Part shown: positions 36,613 to 47,800 of the stretch, in pieces
How the letters are laid out: each line of letters opens with the position of its first letter
Position numbering within the stretch: position 1 is the first letter of the stretch
NCBI GenBank assembly: GCA_963662465.1
Contig: OY759599.1
Coordinates: 5,056,001 to 5,120,000 of the forward strand
Reading direction: 5' to 3'
DNA length: 64,000 nucleotides
Source of the DNA: Desulfatiglandales bacterium
GTDB lineage: Bacteria; Desulfobacterota; DSM-4660; Desulfatiglandales; Desulfatiglandaceae
Translations under genes and position numbers: made by a program
The notes under the pieces: generated by a model
What the model saw: the letters and a program-made list of their open reading frames with translations, nothing else
Database searches by the model: none
What the model was told of the DNA's origin: nothing

Positions 36613-36916
36613 GGGCTTATTGTTTTGGGATTGCGGGAAAAATGCATTTTTCTGAAAAAAATTTCGAGGTTGTGACCGGATATGACAAACACGGGATCTA
36701 TAATGCGCCAAAACGGGAAATCAGGCTGCCGCTTTTCCCCGGAGAGATATCAAATGGCTGAAAAAAACCGACGATCCATTGATCACACAGGTGCTGAAAG
36801 CGGCATTTCCCAAAAGAACGCGGGAGGAAAAGCCGCTTCCTTCGGGTCCCAACTGATTCCCATGCTCCAGTGGGAACCCAAAAAGGGTTCCTTAAATTCC
36901 GGACAAGGAGATATGA

Positions 36917-39900
36917 ATGAAGAATGCACGTTTTCTATTTTTTCTCGTACTTATAACAGTAACCCTTGTCTTTTCGGGATGTAAATGGACCATACTGAGC
37001 ATATATGGGCACAATTGTGCTTCTACCGGGGAAACTGTCACCATCTATATTGAAGGAACATGTACGAGTGAAGCGGATTCCCCTGCACAATACGGCTTGA
37101 TCCTGCAGATTCCGAATAGCTGGCTTGTTATATCAGCAAGAGCTGAAGTTGGAACAATGTCTTATAATCTCACAGAAAATCCGGACTATGCCTCCCTTTA
37201 CTCTGCGGAACCTGGTCAAAAAATCTGGGTGGGGACCGCAACGCAATCAAGTAATTCTACTGAGAACGGAATCGCAACCGTGGTGCTCTCGATTGGCGAT
37301 GTTGACGGACAAGTGAAAGTTGCAGCAGGTTCTTTTAGAGATGGGACCTGGACTACCGATGACCCTGCGGGTGAATTCGATTTTTCAAGTATCACTGAAC
37401 AGAAATATGTCCATTCAATTTCAATCGCCGGCAGCTGTATTCCGAACCCGCCGCCAACGGTAACATCAGTAACTCCGGAATCAGGCTCATCCAATGGAGG
37501 TACGGAGATCACTGTTCATGGCTCAGACTTCGCGGAAAGTTTTGGCAGTGGTGTCACGATAGGCGACAACTGGATTTCCTACGACGAAATCACCTATGGC
37601 GCAGATGGCACCTGGCTTCGTTTTTGTACCCCACTGCATGCAGTTGGGGCTGTTGATGCGACAGTCCGTAATCCGGATGGGCAGGAAGGGACCCTTACGG
37701 ACGGATACACATATGTTCAGGCCTCGCCCCCAACCGTAACGTCAGTAAGTCCGGATTCAGGGTCAACCAATGGGGGTACGGAAATAATTGTTTTTGGTAC
37801 AGGCTTTGCCGAAGGCTCGGGCGGCGGCGTCACGATAGGCGGCAATTGGATTTCCTATTATAGCGTTACCTATGGCGCAGATGGCACCTGGCTTCAGTTC
37901 AATACCCCCACACACGCAGCCGGGGCTGTTGATGTGACAGTCCGTAACCCGGATGGGCAGGAAGGGACCCTGTCAGACGGATACACCTATGTTCAGGCTT
38001 CGCCTCCAACAGTAACGTCAGTAAGTCCGGATTCAGGGTCAACCAATGGGGGTACGGAAATAATTGTTTCTGGTACAGACTTCGTTGAAGGCTCGGGGAG
38101 TGGTGTTACGATAGGGGGCACTTCGATTTCCTATTACTACGTTACCTATGGTTCAGATGGCACCTGGCTTCGGTTCGATACCCCCACACACGCAGCCGGG
38201 CCTGTTGATGTGACAGTCCGTAATCCGGATGGGCAAGAAGGAACACTTGCAGACGGATACACCTATGTTGAGGCTTCGCCACCAACAGTAACATCGGTAA
38301 GCCCGGATTCAGGTGCAAGTAATGGAGGGACCGAAATAACTGTTTTTGGTACGGACTTCGTTGAAGGCTCAGGCAGTGGCGTAACAATAGGGGGCAATTG
38401 GATTTCCTATTATGACATTACCTATGGTTCAGATGGCACTTGGCTGCAATTTGATACACCGGTACATGCAGCTGCGGTTGTTGATATCACAGTCCGGAAC
38501 CCGGACGGTCAGGAAGGGACTCTTACAGGCGGATATACCTATGTTGCTGATCCTACTCCGTCAATCACTTCAGTCAGTCCGGATTCTGGTCCGAGTAATG
38601 GCGGTACTGAAGTGACTGTTTATGGATCGGATTTTGTTGAAGGCTCGGGAAGTGGTGTTACGATAGGGGGCACTTCGGTTTCCAATTCCATTACATATGG
38701 GGAAGATGGTACTTGGCTTCGTTTTGTAACCCCTGTCCATTTGCCTGGCTCTGTTGATGTGACAGCTCGTAATCCTGATGGTCAGGAAGGAACGCTTTCA
38801 GACGGTTATACCTATATCGCGGATTCACCGCCAACGATTAATTCAGTAAGCCCGGATTCAGGCGGGACTAATGGTGGTACGGAAGTGACCGTGTACGGCT
38901 CAAATTTCATTGAGGGTTCAGGAAGTGGTGTTACGATAGGCGGCAATTCAATTTCCTATTATGACATTACATATGGGGCGGATGGCACCTGGCTTCGGTT
39001 TATAACCCCAGTCCATTCAGCTGGGACAGTTGACATCACGGTTCGAAATCCTGATGGCCAGGCAGCTGTTCTCACAGATGGATACACATATGAAGCCGAT
39101 CCAGCGCCGACAATAGCCTCCGTCGACCCAACATCCGGTTCAAGCAATGGTGGAACTGAAGTTTTAATCAGTGGTTCAAATTTTAACAGCAGCGCAAGTG
39201 TTCGTTTTGGGAACGAATATGTCTCTTACTACGATAAAACAATTTCCGAAGATGGGACTTGGATGAGTGTTGATACGCCTGCACATGCAACAGGAACTGT
39301 TGATGTCACAGTTCGAAATCCTGATGGTCAGGCAGCTGTTCTCACAGATGGATACACATATGAAGCCGATCCAGCGCCGACAATAGCCTCCGTCGACCCA
39401 ACATCCGGTTCAAGCAATGGTGGAACTGAAGTTTTAATCAGTGGTTCAAATTTTAACAGCAGCGCAAGTGTTCGTTTTGGGAACGAATATGTCTCTTACT
39501 ACGATAAAACAATTTCCGAAGATGGGACTTGGATGAGTGTTGATACGCCTGCACATGCAACAGGAACTGTTGATGTCACAGTTCGAAATCCTGATGGCCA
39601 GGCAGCTGTTCTCACAGATGGATACACATATGAAGCCGATCCAGCGCCGACAATAGCCTCCGTCGACCCAACATCCGGTTCAAGCAATGGTGGAACTGAA
39701 GTTTTAATCAGTGGTTCAAATTTTAACAGCAGCGCAAGTGTTCGTTTTGGGAACGAATATGTCTCTTACTACGATAAAACAATTTCCGAAGATGGGACTT
39801 GGATGAGTGTTGATACGCCTGCACATGCAACAGGAACTGTTGATGTCACAGTTCGTAATCCTGATGGCCAGGCAGCTGTTCTCACAGATGGATACACATA

Positions 39901-40984
39901 TGAAGCCGATCCAGCGCCGACAATAGCCTCCGTTGACCCAACATCCGGTTCAAGCAATGGTGGAACTGAAGTTTTAATCAGTGGTTCAAATTTTAACAGC
40001 AGCGCAAGTGTTCGTTTTGGGAACGAATATGTCTCATACTACGATAAAACAATTTCCGAAGATGGGACTTGGATGAGTGTTGATACGCCTGCACATGCAA
40101 CAGGAACTGTTGATGTCACAGTTCGTAATCCTGATGGTCAGGCAGCCGTTCTGTCGGATGCATACACATACGTAAGTGCTCCAGTCGTCGAAACAACAGA
40201 AGCATGTGAAATTTCCTATAGATCAGCAACAAGCGGCGGCGATGTGAAAAGCGATGGCGAATTGGAGGTTACAGCCCGTGGTGTTTGCTGGGGGACATCG
40301 ATCAATCCAACGAAAGAAGGTGGTCACACCGTAGATGGTTCAGGGGCAGGGGTGTTTGCAAGCCAACTTACCGGCCTAAATCCCGGAACTCTTTATCATG
40401 TGAGAGCATATGCCACGAATAATGCCGGGACATCGTACGGTGACGACCTGACCTTTAACACCGAAGCCTTGAAAGTCCCTTCCCTGACAACGACAGAACC
40501 GTATAACATCACATCCACAATGGCGACAAGCGGTGGAAATATTACAAGTGACGGGGGTGAATCTGTAACCGCATGGGGCGTTTGCTGGAGTACATCACCC
40601 AACCCCACAACGGAAGACGATCATACTTTCGATGAAGTGAAGAACAGGGGTTTTGTAAGTTTCATTTCCGGGTTGAATGCTGGAACCGTGTATCATGTGA
40701 GGGCGTACGCCATAAACAGCCAGGGCACGGGCTACGGACAGGATATTGAATTTACAACAGTTGGTCAGTGCCCGGAATGTTCTGGTGAGGATGTCCTGAT
40801 TGAAGACGTCACCTTCCCCCCGGGAACAACCTGTGAATGTGTCGGCAGCAAATCATTAACATTAGGGGAAGGGGTGATTGTTGAAGAAAAGGCGACGGTA
40901 ATTTTCAAAGCGCCGGTGATAAAGGCAACGAGTGGCGCACATGTGAAAAATGGTGCCACTGTTAAAATGAAGCCCACAAATTAG
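36917..40984 (+). CDS. Large putative surface lipoprotein with 10 IPT/TIG repeats and 2 FN3-like repeats
   Basis: Lipobox-like VFSGC; 10x P.V.SV.P.SG..NGGT.....G..F...V.VRNPDGQ...YTY; 2x SGG....DG...VTA.GVCW...YHVRAYA.N..GT.YG. Confidence 0.85.
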   Translation: MKNARFLFFLVLITVTLVFSGCKWTILSIYGHNCASTGETVTIYIEGTCTSEADSPAQYGLILQIPNSWLVISARAEVGTMSYNLTENPDYASLYSAEPGQKIWVGTATQSSNSTENGIATVVLSIGDVDGQVKVAAGSFRDGTWTTDDPAGEFDFSSITEQKYVHSISIAGSCIPNPPPTVTSVTPESGSSNGGTEITVHGSDFAESFGSGVTIGDNWISYDEITYGADGTWLRFCTPLHAVGAVDATVRNPDGQEGTLTDGYTYVQASPPTVTSVSPDSGSTNGGTEIIVFGTGFAEGSGGGVTIGGNWISYYSVTYGADGTWLQFNTPTHAAGAVDVTVRNPDGQEGTLSDGYTYVQASPPTVTSVSPDSGSTNGGTEIIVSGTDFVEGSGSGVTIGGTSISYYYVTYGSDGTWLRFDTPTHAAGPVDVTVRNPDGQEGTLADGYTYVEASPPTVTSVSPDSGASNGGTEITVFGTDFVEGSGSGVTIGGNWISYYDITYGSDGTWLQFDTPVHAAAVVDITVRNPDGQEGTLTGGYTYVADPTPSITSVSPDSGPSNGGTEVTVYGSDFVEGSGSGVTIGGTSVSNSITYGEDGTWLRFVTPVHLPGSVDVTARNPDGQEGTLSDGYTYIADSPPTINSVSPDSGGTNGGTEVTVYGSNFIEGSGSGVTIGGNSISYYDITYGADGTWLRFITPVHSAGTVDITVRNPDGQAAVLTDGYTYEADPAPTIASVDPTSGSSNGGTEVLISGSNFNSSASVRFGNEYVSYYDKTISEDGTWMSVDTPAHATGTVDVTVRNPDGQAAVLTDGYTYEADPAPTIASVDPTSGSSNGGTEVLISGSNFNSSASVRFGNEYVSYYDKTISEDGTWMSVDTPAHATGTVDVTVRNPDGQAAVLTDGYTYEADPAPTIASVDPTSGSSNGGTEVLISGSNFNSSASVRFGNEYVSYYDKTISEDGTWMSVDTPAHATGTVDVTVRNPDGQAAVLTDGYTYEADPAPTIASVDPTSGSSNGGTEVLISGSNFNSSASVRFGNEYVSYYDKTISEDGTWMSVDTPAHATGTVDVTVRNPDGQAAVLSDAYTYVSAPVVETTEACEISYRSATSGGDVKSDGELEVTARGVCWGTSINPTKEGGHTVDGSGAGVFASQLTGLNPGTLYHVRAYATNNAGTSYGDDLTFNTEALKVPSLTTTEPYNITSTMATSGGNITSDGGESVTAWGVCWSTSPNPTTEDDHTFDEVKNRGFVSFISGLNAGTVYHVRAYAINSQGTGYGQDIEFTTVGQCPECSGEDVLIEDVTFPPGTTCECVGSKSLTLGEGVIVEEKATVIFKAPVIKATSGAHVKNGATVKMKPTN
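39042..40146 (+). repeat. About four near-identical 270-bp tandem repeats (IPT units 7-10)
   Basis: CCAGCGCCGACAATAGCCTC recurs at 39101, 39371, 39641, 39911. Confidence 0.95.
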
Positions 40985-41072
40985 GGCCTGCACTGATTTC
41001 CATTTGGCATGGAAAGCGCAAACAGCATAATTCCATAATTGGTTTTACCTGGGAAATAAACCAAAGGCACAT

Positions 41073-41495
41073 ATGTACGCGAAAAGAGAACTCCACGTAA
41101 CCTGCGGCATCGTCCGGCGGGACCATCGCATCCTCGCTGTCCAGCGAAGCAAGCACATGATTCTTCCGCTGAAATGGGAATTCCCCGGAGGTAAAATTGA
41201 ACCGAACGAAACCCCCGAAGCATGCCTGAAAAGGGAGCTTGTAGAAGAGCTGGAAATATCCGTTATCATTGAACATGGCCTCGGACCCGTGACCCACGCT
41301 TACGACGATTTCACCGTGACCCTTTATCCATTCATTTGCGCCATGGAAGCAGGAAAGATCTTCCTGCATGAGCATGCCGCTTATACTTGGTTGAAACCTA
41401 CTGACCTACCTCGACTGGATTGGGCGGAGGCCGACAGGCCCGTACTATATGACTTTCTAAAAAGGACTGGGTCTAGAGGAGAATCACTGCCGTGA
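41073..41495 (+). CDS. NUDIX hydrolase (MutT/NudG-like)
   Basis: WEFPGGKIEPNETPEACLKRELVEEL. Confidence 0.9.
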   Translation: MYAKRELHVTCGIVRRDHRILAVQRSKHMILPLKWEFPGGKIEPNETPEACLKRELVEELEISVIIEHGLGPVTHAYDDFTVTLYPFICAMEAGKIFLHEHAAYTWLKPTDLPRLDWAEADRPVLYDFLKRTGSRGESLP

Positions 41496-44400
41496 CGGTC
41501 GGACTTCCATACGGGTTGTATGACCGGCTTCTGGACGAGGACTTGAGCGAGACCCTCGACCGGTTTCCGGAAGTACGTTCGGTGTTGGGAAAACTTGATT
41601 TTGAGGAACAGCCGGCCCGTTACGCTGATTTTATCGGGAAGGTCTTAAGGCAGGCGCTTCGGGAGGAAAAGGATGCTAATGCGAGGCTTGCCGTGTGCAA
41701 CCGCCTGATGAAAGTGATTGCAAAGGGGGCTGAAAAAGGGCGTTTTGAAAAGCGAAACCTGCAAAGAACAAAAAATGCGCTCCTTCTTGAAATTACGCCC
41801 CCGCACTACGGCAGCGGGGGTATTCCGCGGCCCCATACTTCCATGGTTGAAAGCAGCCTTTTTACCGGTTCCCCGAGCGAGCCGCAGCTGGTTCACGAAC
41901 TCCAGGAAGAGATGCGCTCGGCGGACGAAGTGGACATCCTGATCTCTTTTATCAAGTGGTCTGGACTCAGGCTTTTGATGCCGGCTTTTGAAGATCTGCG
42001 AACCCGAAATGTGCCGGTGAGATTGCTGACCACTTCCTACATGGGAGCGTCCGACGCGCCCGCCGTGGAATGGCTGGCCACTCTGCCCAACGTCAGCATC
42101 AAGGTCTCCTATGATACGGACCGGACCCGTCTCCATGCCAAAGCGTATCACTTCAAACGGTTGAGTGGATTTTCGTCCGCTTACATCGGTTCCGCCAACA
42201 TGTCCCGGCCGGCCATGACTGCCGGTCTTGAATGGAACCTCAAAGTGACTGCCCAGGACATGGCCCATATCCTGGAAAAGTTTGAGGCCGAGTTTGAGAC
42301 CTATTGGCACAGCCGGGAATTCACCCCCTTTGACCCAAAAAACCCGGAACCTTTCAGGGCAGCTATAAAACGTGCCGGCAAAGCCAGCCACAGGTCTTAC
42401 ATGCCGTTTTTCGACCTCAGGCCCCACCCTTTCCAGGAACGCATTCTGGATGCGTTGAAGCGGGAACGGTGCGTACATGGCCGCACACGGAACCTGGTTA
42501 TCGCCGCCACGGGAACTGGAAAAACGGTAATCTCGGCATTTGATTATCAGCGGTTCTTAAAGGAAAAAAACGGGCAGGCGCGGCTGCTATTTCTGGCTCA
42601 TCGAAAAGAGATTCTCGAACAGGCCATCGGTACATTTCGGAATGTTCTTCGGGACGGGAATTTCGGGGAACTGTTGGTGGGGAATCATGAACCCGCACGG
42701 TTCGAACACCTCTTCTGCTCCATCGGCATGCTTTCGAGCCGAAAACTCTGGGAGCAGGTGAAAAGCCGGTTCTACGATTACATGGTCATTGACGAGGCGC
42801 ACCACGGGACCGCCGACAGTTACCGTCCCGTTTTCGACCGTTTTTCTCCTGAAATCCTCCTCGGACTGACAGCCACCCCGGAACGTATGGACGGTAGGAG
42901 CGTGGCCGTGGATTTCGGCAACCGTTTCGCCGCCGAAATCCGGCTGCCAGAGGCCCTCTCGGAGAAACTCCTATGCCCGTTTCACTACTTCGGTGTGGCT
43001 GATCCCGTTTCGCTGGATCACGATCGCTTCTGGAAGAACGGCAAGTACGACACCTCGGCCCTTGAAAATGTTTATACGGGTTCCCACGCGCTGGCACGAC
43101 AGCGGCTGCAAACGGTTTTATCCACCCTACGCCGGTATGAACCGGACATGCATCGGGTCAAGGGGATCGGTTTCTGCGTGAGCATTCGCCATGCGGAATT
43201 TATGGCGGAAATGTTCAAATATCACGGGATCCCTTCGGCGGCGCTTGTGTCTGGCACTTCTCTTGAACAGCGGGTTTTTCTGCTGGAAGATTTCAAGCGC
43301 GGTAATCTGACATTTCTTTTTACTGTGGACGTTTTTAATGAAGGGCTGGATGTGCCAGAACTGAACACGGTCCTTTTCCTTCGGCCTACGGAGAGTCTCA
43401 CCGTGTTTCTCCAGCAGTTGGGCCGGGGTTTGCGGCACGCGCCGGAGAAAGATTGCCTCACGGTGCTCGATTTCGTGGGGCAGGCCCACCGGCTATATCG
43501 TATGGACAGCAAGCTGAAGGCGCTTCTGCCAAAGCACCGGTTCGGCATTGACCGGGAAGTGGAAATGAACTTTCCTCACCTGCCGCCGGGCTGCGCCATT
43601 TTGTTCGACCGTCTGTCGCGCGAGTATGTACTCAAAAACATCCGGCAAAACCTCAGGAACCTTTCTGTTCAGATCCCGGAACGGCTGCTCACTTTTGAAA
43701 ACGAAGCGGGCCAGCCGCTCACCTTCGGGAACTTTGTGCGCTACCATGATTATGAACCTGAAAAGATTTTGCTAAAGGATTCGTGGAGCGGGTGGAAATC
43801 AAGGGCACGCCTCGGGCCGAAGCCGACGGACCCGGATATTTCGCACCTAAAAAAGGGACTTGTAAGGGCCTCTTTCATTGATGGCCCCAGGGAAGTTGAG
43901 ATGGCGCGGAAAGTCGTAGGCGCACTCCGACAGGGAAATGTGGAGAAGGCTGTTGCCGTTTCGGGGGTTGCTGCTGTGCCGTTTCATTACCGCATGTGGG
44001 GTGATGCGGGCAGAAATCTGGGAATCGATTCAATTGAAAATTCCTTTGCCAGACTGTCACAAAACCCAGGCATTTTGGCGGACCTTGACGAAATACTCAA
44101 ATGGTGTGCCGAGGAAACCCAGGCCGATGGGCGGTCCCTGAATCTTCCATTTGCCTGCCCGCTGGAGCTGCATGCCCGGTACAGCCTGAGGGATATTCAG
44201 GCCGCCTTCGACAGCGCCACCATGGCGTCTCCGGGCCAGCGGGGAATCGGCGTGCTTCACTTCAAGGATATCAAAGCGTATGCACTGCTGATGACGTTTG
44301 AGAAGACTGAACGTGAATTTTCACCCAGCACCATGTACGCAGACTATCCCATCAGCCGGGAACTGATGCACTGGGAATCGCAGTCCAACACGTCCCAAAG

Positions 44401-44623
44401 CTCACAGACCGGCAAAAACCTGACGCAGCATGTGGACCGCGGTTACACCATTTTGCTTTTTGCCCGCGACCGTAAAAAGAATAACGCATGGGCTGTACCC
44501 TTTACATTTCTCGGGCCGGCACAAATCGTCCGTTATGAAAGCGAGCGTCCCATTCAGGTGGTCTGGCGACTCAGTTACCCAATGCCGGTTCAGATCTTTG
44601 AGGACAATCGACGGGGTGGGTAA
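41492..44623 (+). CDS. PLD nuclease - SF2 helicase - DUF3427 protein (SauUSI-like type IV restriction candidate)
   Basis: LHAKAYHF...GSAN...EWN; ATGTGKT, DEAHH, TATPER, QQLGRGLR; C-terminal Y.DYPIS....HWESQS. Confidence 0.85.
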   Translation: MTVGLPYGLYDRLLDEDLSETLDRFPEVRSVLGKLDFEEQPARYADFIGKVLRQALREEKDANARLAVCNRLMKVIAKGAEKGRFEKRNLQRTKNALLLEITPPHYGSGGIPRPHTSMVESSLFTGSPSEPQLVHELQEEMRSADEVDILISFIKWSGLRLLMPAFEDLRTRNVPVRLLTTSYMGASDAPAVEWLATLPNVSIKVSYDTDRTRLHAKAYHFKRLSGFSSAYIGSANMSRPAMTAGLEWNLKVTAQDMAHILEKFEAEFETYWHSREFTPFDPKNPEPFRAAIKRAGKASHRSYMPFFDLRPHPFQERILDALKRERCVHGRTRNLVIAATGTGKTVISAFDYQRFLKEKNGQARLLFLAHRKEILEQAIGTFRNVLRDGNFGELLVGNHEPARFEHLFCSIGMLSSRKLWEQVKSRFYDYMVIDEAHHGTADSYRPVFDRFSPEILLGLTATPERMDGRSVAVDFGNRFAAEIRLPEALSEKLLCPFHYFGVADPVSLDHDRFWKNGKYDTSALENVYTGSHALARQRLQTVLSTLRRYEPDMHRVKGIGFCVSIRHAEFMAEMFKYHGIPSAALVSGTSLEQRVFLLEDFKRGNLTFLFTVDVFNEGLDVPELNTVLFLRPTESLTVFLQQLGRGLRHAPEKDCLTVLDFVGQAHRLYRMDSKLKALLPKHRFGIDREVEMNFPHLPPGCAILFDRLSREYVLKNIRQNLRNLSVQIPERLLTFENEAGQPLTFGNFVRYHDYEPEKILLKDSWSGWKSRARLGPKPTDPDISHLKKGLVRASFIDGPREVEMARKVVGALRQGNVEKAVAVSGVAAVPFHYRMWGDAGRNLGIDSIENSFARLSQNPGILADLDEILKWCAEETQADGRSLNLPFACPLELHARYSLRDIQAAFDSATMASPGQRGIGVLHFKDIKAYALLMTFEKTEREFSPSTMYADYPISRELMHWESQSNTSQSSQTGKNLTQHVDRGYTILLFARDRKKNNAWAVPFTFLGPAQIVRYESERPIQVVWRLSYPMPVQIFEDNRRGG

Positions 44624-44790
44624 TGTGGGAGCGTGGAAGCTGGGGGCAACAGCTGAGGCATTGATGAGTTGGTTGAGCAGGGGGGACAAGTGTACGTTCG
44701 ATTTTTCATTTACGGATTAATTTCCGGGAATGCGTAAGAGTATTCTTTTGAAAGGCGGAATTCACGAAAAAGTATTGATTGAGGGATTCG

Positions 44791-44820
44791 CGGACTGTAG
44801 GTGCGGCTTCAGCCGCACAG
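44791..44820 (+). repeat. GTAG-type REP hairpin, copy E (partial unit)
   Basis: CGGACTGTAGGTGCGGCTTCAGCCGCACAG. Confidence 0.8.
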
Positions 44821-44858
44821 CCAAATTCATTAGAACAATAAATAGAGAAGGGTAATAT

Positions 44859-47800
44859 ATGGACAACCAATTATTTTTTCAGCGATTTCCTGAATTGCTC
44901 TACATCGTGACCAAACATCTGACTATTTGGCTTGAGAACGTCTTAAGCTCTTTGGATGAAGATTGGTGGGGTAGCCTTGTTATTCCCGCCTTATCATATC
45001 AGCAAAAACAAAGAGTCGATCGACTGGAGATCCGGCAATTGGAAAAACTCGATCTTTCCGCTCTTTTAAGGGTTGTAGACAAAAACTGGTATCCAATTTC
45101 AAATGTCAAGAGATTCACAATCGGAGACAGAAATTACGTTAAAGAAATGCAAACCATCCGCAATCGATGGGCTCATAGTGATATGCACGGGTTTAAGGTT
45201 GATGATATTTACCGGGACATAGACACGCTTGAGCGTTTTGCTTTGCTGATCAACATACCCAAACAGGAAACGATCTCAATCGGAGAATTCAAAGATTCCG
45301 TGTTGTCAATGAAATTATCGGCGCCAGTTGAATCCCAAACCCAAAACAAGGCTGAAAAATCTCAAGAATCCGTTAAGGTAAAAAATGACGACAATGAAAT
45401 AATTGAAGTTGGGAGTATCGTCACACTTGAAAGTGACCCATCGAAAAAAGGGGCTGTTATTGAAATTGAGGGAGATTCAGAAGATACATTATGTAGAGTC
45501 TTCATAGATGGCAAAATTCAGCCATTTTATCTTTCTCAACTTTGTAAATTTAGGAAAGAAAAAGCGCGGAAAACAGTTTCAATAGATGAACTTCATTGTT
45601 TGCTCACCTGTTTGCAGATAAAACACCCTTCGATGTTTACCCTGTATTCACTTAACGCCGCCAGGATCGATTTCGTGCCATATCAGTTTAGGCCGGCACT
45701 AAAAATAATCAGGTCTGACCAGCCTCGACTGCTCATAGCTGACGGTGTGGGGGTGGGAAAGACAATTGAAGCAGGTCTGATATTGCGGGAATTACAAGCG
45801 AGGGGTGGTGTTGAATCCGTTCTCATAATTTGTCCGAGGCCCCTTGTGACAGAACGAAAATGGGAACTTGAAATGAAACGTTTTGATGAGCGATTCACGC
45901 ATCTCAACGGTAGTGCTTTGAGGTCCTGCATTGAAGAGACAGATCTTGAAGGGGAGTGGCCGGAACAGCACAAAAAGACGATTGTTCCCTATTCTTTGTT
46001 TGATGAAAAGTCACTCTATGGGAACAAAACCCATCGAATAACCCAATTGGGATTATTGGATCTTGATTCACCGCCGAAATTCGATTTGGTCATTGTTGAT
46101 GAGGCTCATCATGTCAGGAATTCATCAACTTATGCCCATCAGGCAGTTCGCTTATTTTGTGAAAATGCTGAAGCGGTCGTATTCTTGACCGCTACACCTG
46201 TTCAAGTGGGTAGCCATGATTTATACACCCTGCTGAATCTCCTCAGGCCGGAGCTAGTCATTGATCAAGAAACATTCCATCACATGGCAGGGCCAAATCC
46301 ATATATAAACCAAGCATTAAGCGAAGCAAGGTCTGGTGGAGAAAATTGGCATCAACGAGCCCATGATATTTTGGAGAGTGCCGCACGCACTTCTTGGGGA
46401 AGTGCCATGCTTCAACCGAATCCAGTGTTTCAGGGGATTCAGAAAGACCTTCGTGAGGATCAAATCACTCGCGAAGAGAGGGTGGCCATAGTACGTAAAA
46501 TTGAAGATTTACATAGTTTTTCGAAGCTTATCAGTAGAACACGCAGAAGAGATATTGGGAATTTTTGTATACGGAGACCCTACACAATTGAGGTTGATTT
46601 TACGCATGAACAGAAGGAACTGCATGATCGTCTTCTTAAATTCGAAGCAAAAAGCCTCAGCATTATGCACGGCAACAGAAATGTAAATTTCATGATATCG
46701 ATGATCCGAAGACAGGCTGCGAGCTGCATATTCGGACTCGCGCCGTATTTGGAGAGCCTTATAAACAGACGAATTTCGCAGCTCGAATGGTATGAGAGCG
46801 CTGACGAAGACATGCCGGATATGGATTTATTCGAAGAACTGACTGAAGATGCCATAGCCATAATTGAAGCAGCGGAAAATTTGCCGGAATATGACCCCAA
46901 GTTTGACAAATTCTTGAGGATAATCCGTGAAAAAGAAACCCAACAGAACAATAAAGTCATGGTTTTCAGCAGTTTTAGACATACACTCTTCTATTTGAAA
47001 AAAAGGCTGGAAGCGCTGGATATTCGTGCAGGACTAATCTACGGTGACATTAAGGATGAAGAAAGGCTCATTTTAAGAAGGCGGTTTGAAGGATATGCAG
47101 ATGCAGTTGATTCTATTGATGTCATGCTCTTTTCCGAGGTTGGGTGTGAGGGCCTTGACTATCAATTTTGTGATTTAATGATCAACTATGATTTGCCCTG
47201 GAATCCGATGCGCATTGAGCAGAGAATTGGACGGATTGATCGTCGTGGACAAAAAAGCGAAGCAGTCGCCATCTACAATCTCATAACAAACGAAACAATA
47301 GATGCCGATATCTATGAAAGATGTTTATGGCGAATTGGGCTGTTTGAGGAAAGTGTTGGCGATTGTGAGGAGATTCTAGGCGAAATTCATAAACAGATTT
47401 TCAATATTGCAAACAATCTTGAACTTAATGAAACCGAAAGACGAGATAAGCTTGAACAGCTAGCAGACAATCAGATAAACAGAATCCATGAACAAAAAGC
47501 ACTTGAAGACCGAGAGTATGAGCTTTTCGGAATTCGCCTTCCCAAATTCGAGAAAGATAACGAGGTAAGAGACTCAGAAAGTTTTTGGTTGACTCCATCA
47601 TCAATACAACGGTTTGTTTCAGAATATCTAGAGAAACGGTTAGGAAAAGGGGACTTTCTTCTCGGAGAAAAGGCCTTGAAAACCTTGCGTCTTTCGCAGG
47701 AAGCCCGCAACAAACTCCTTCATGATTTTCGAAGCATCCAAATCTCGAGAACACCCATGAGCCGGACATGGGAAAAATGGTTGAAGGGTTCTGTGCAGCA

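Noticed and set aside
39042..40146. Near-identical repeats as DGR template/variable regions
   Set aside because: In-frame tandem domain repeats; differences are not adenine-specific; no reverse transcriptase
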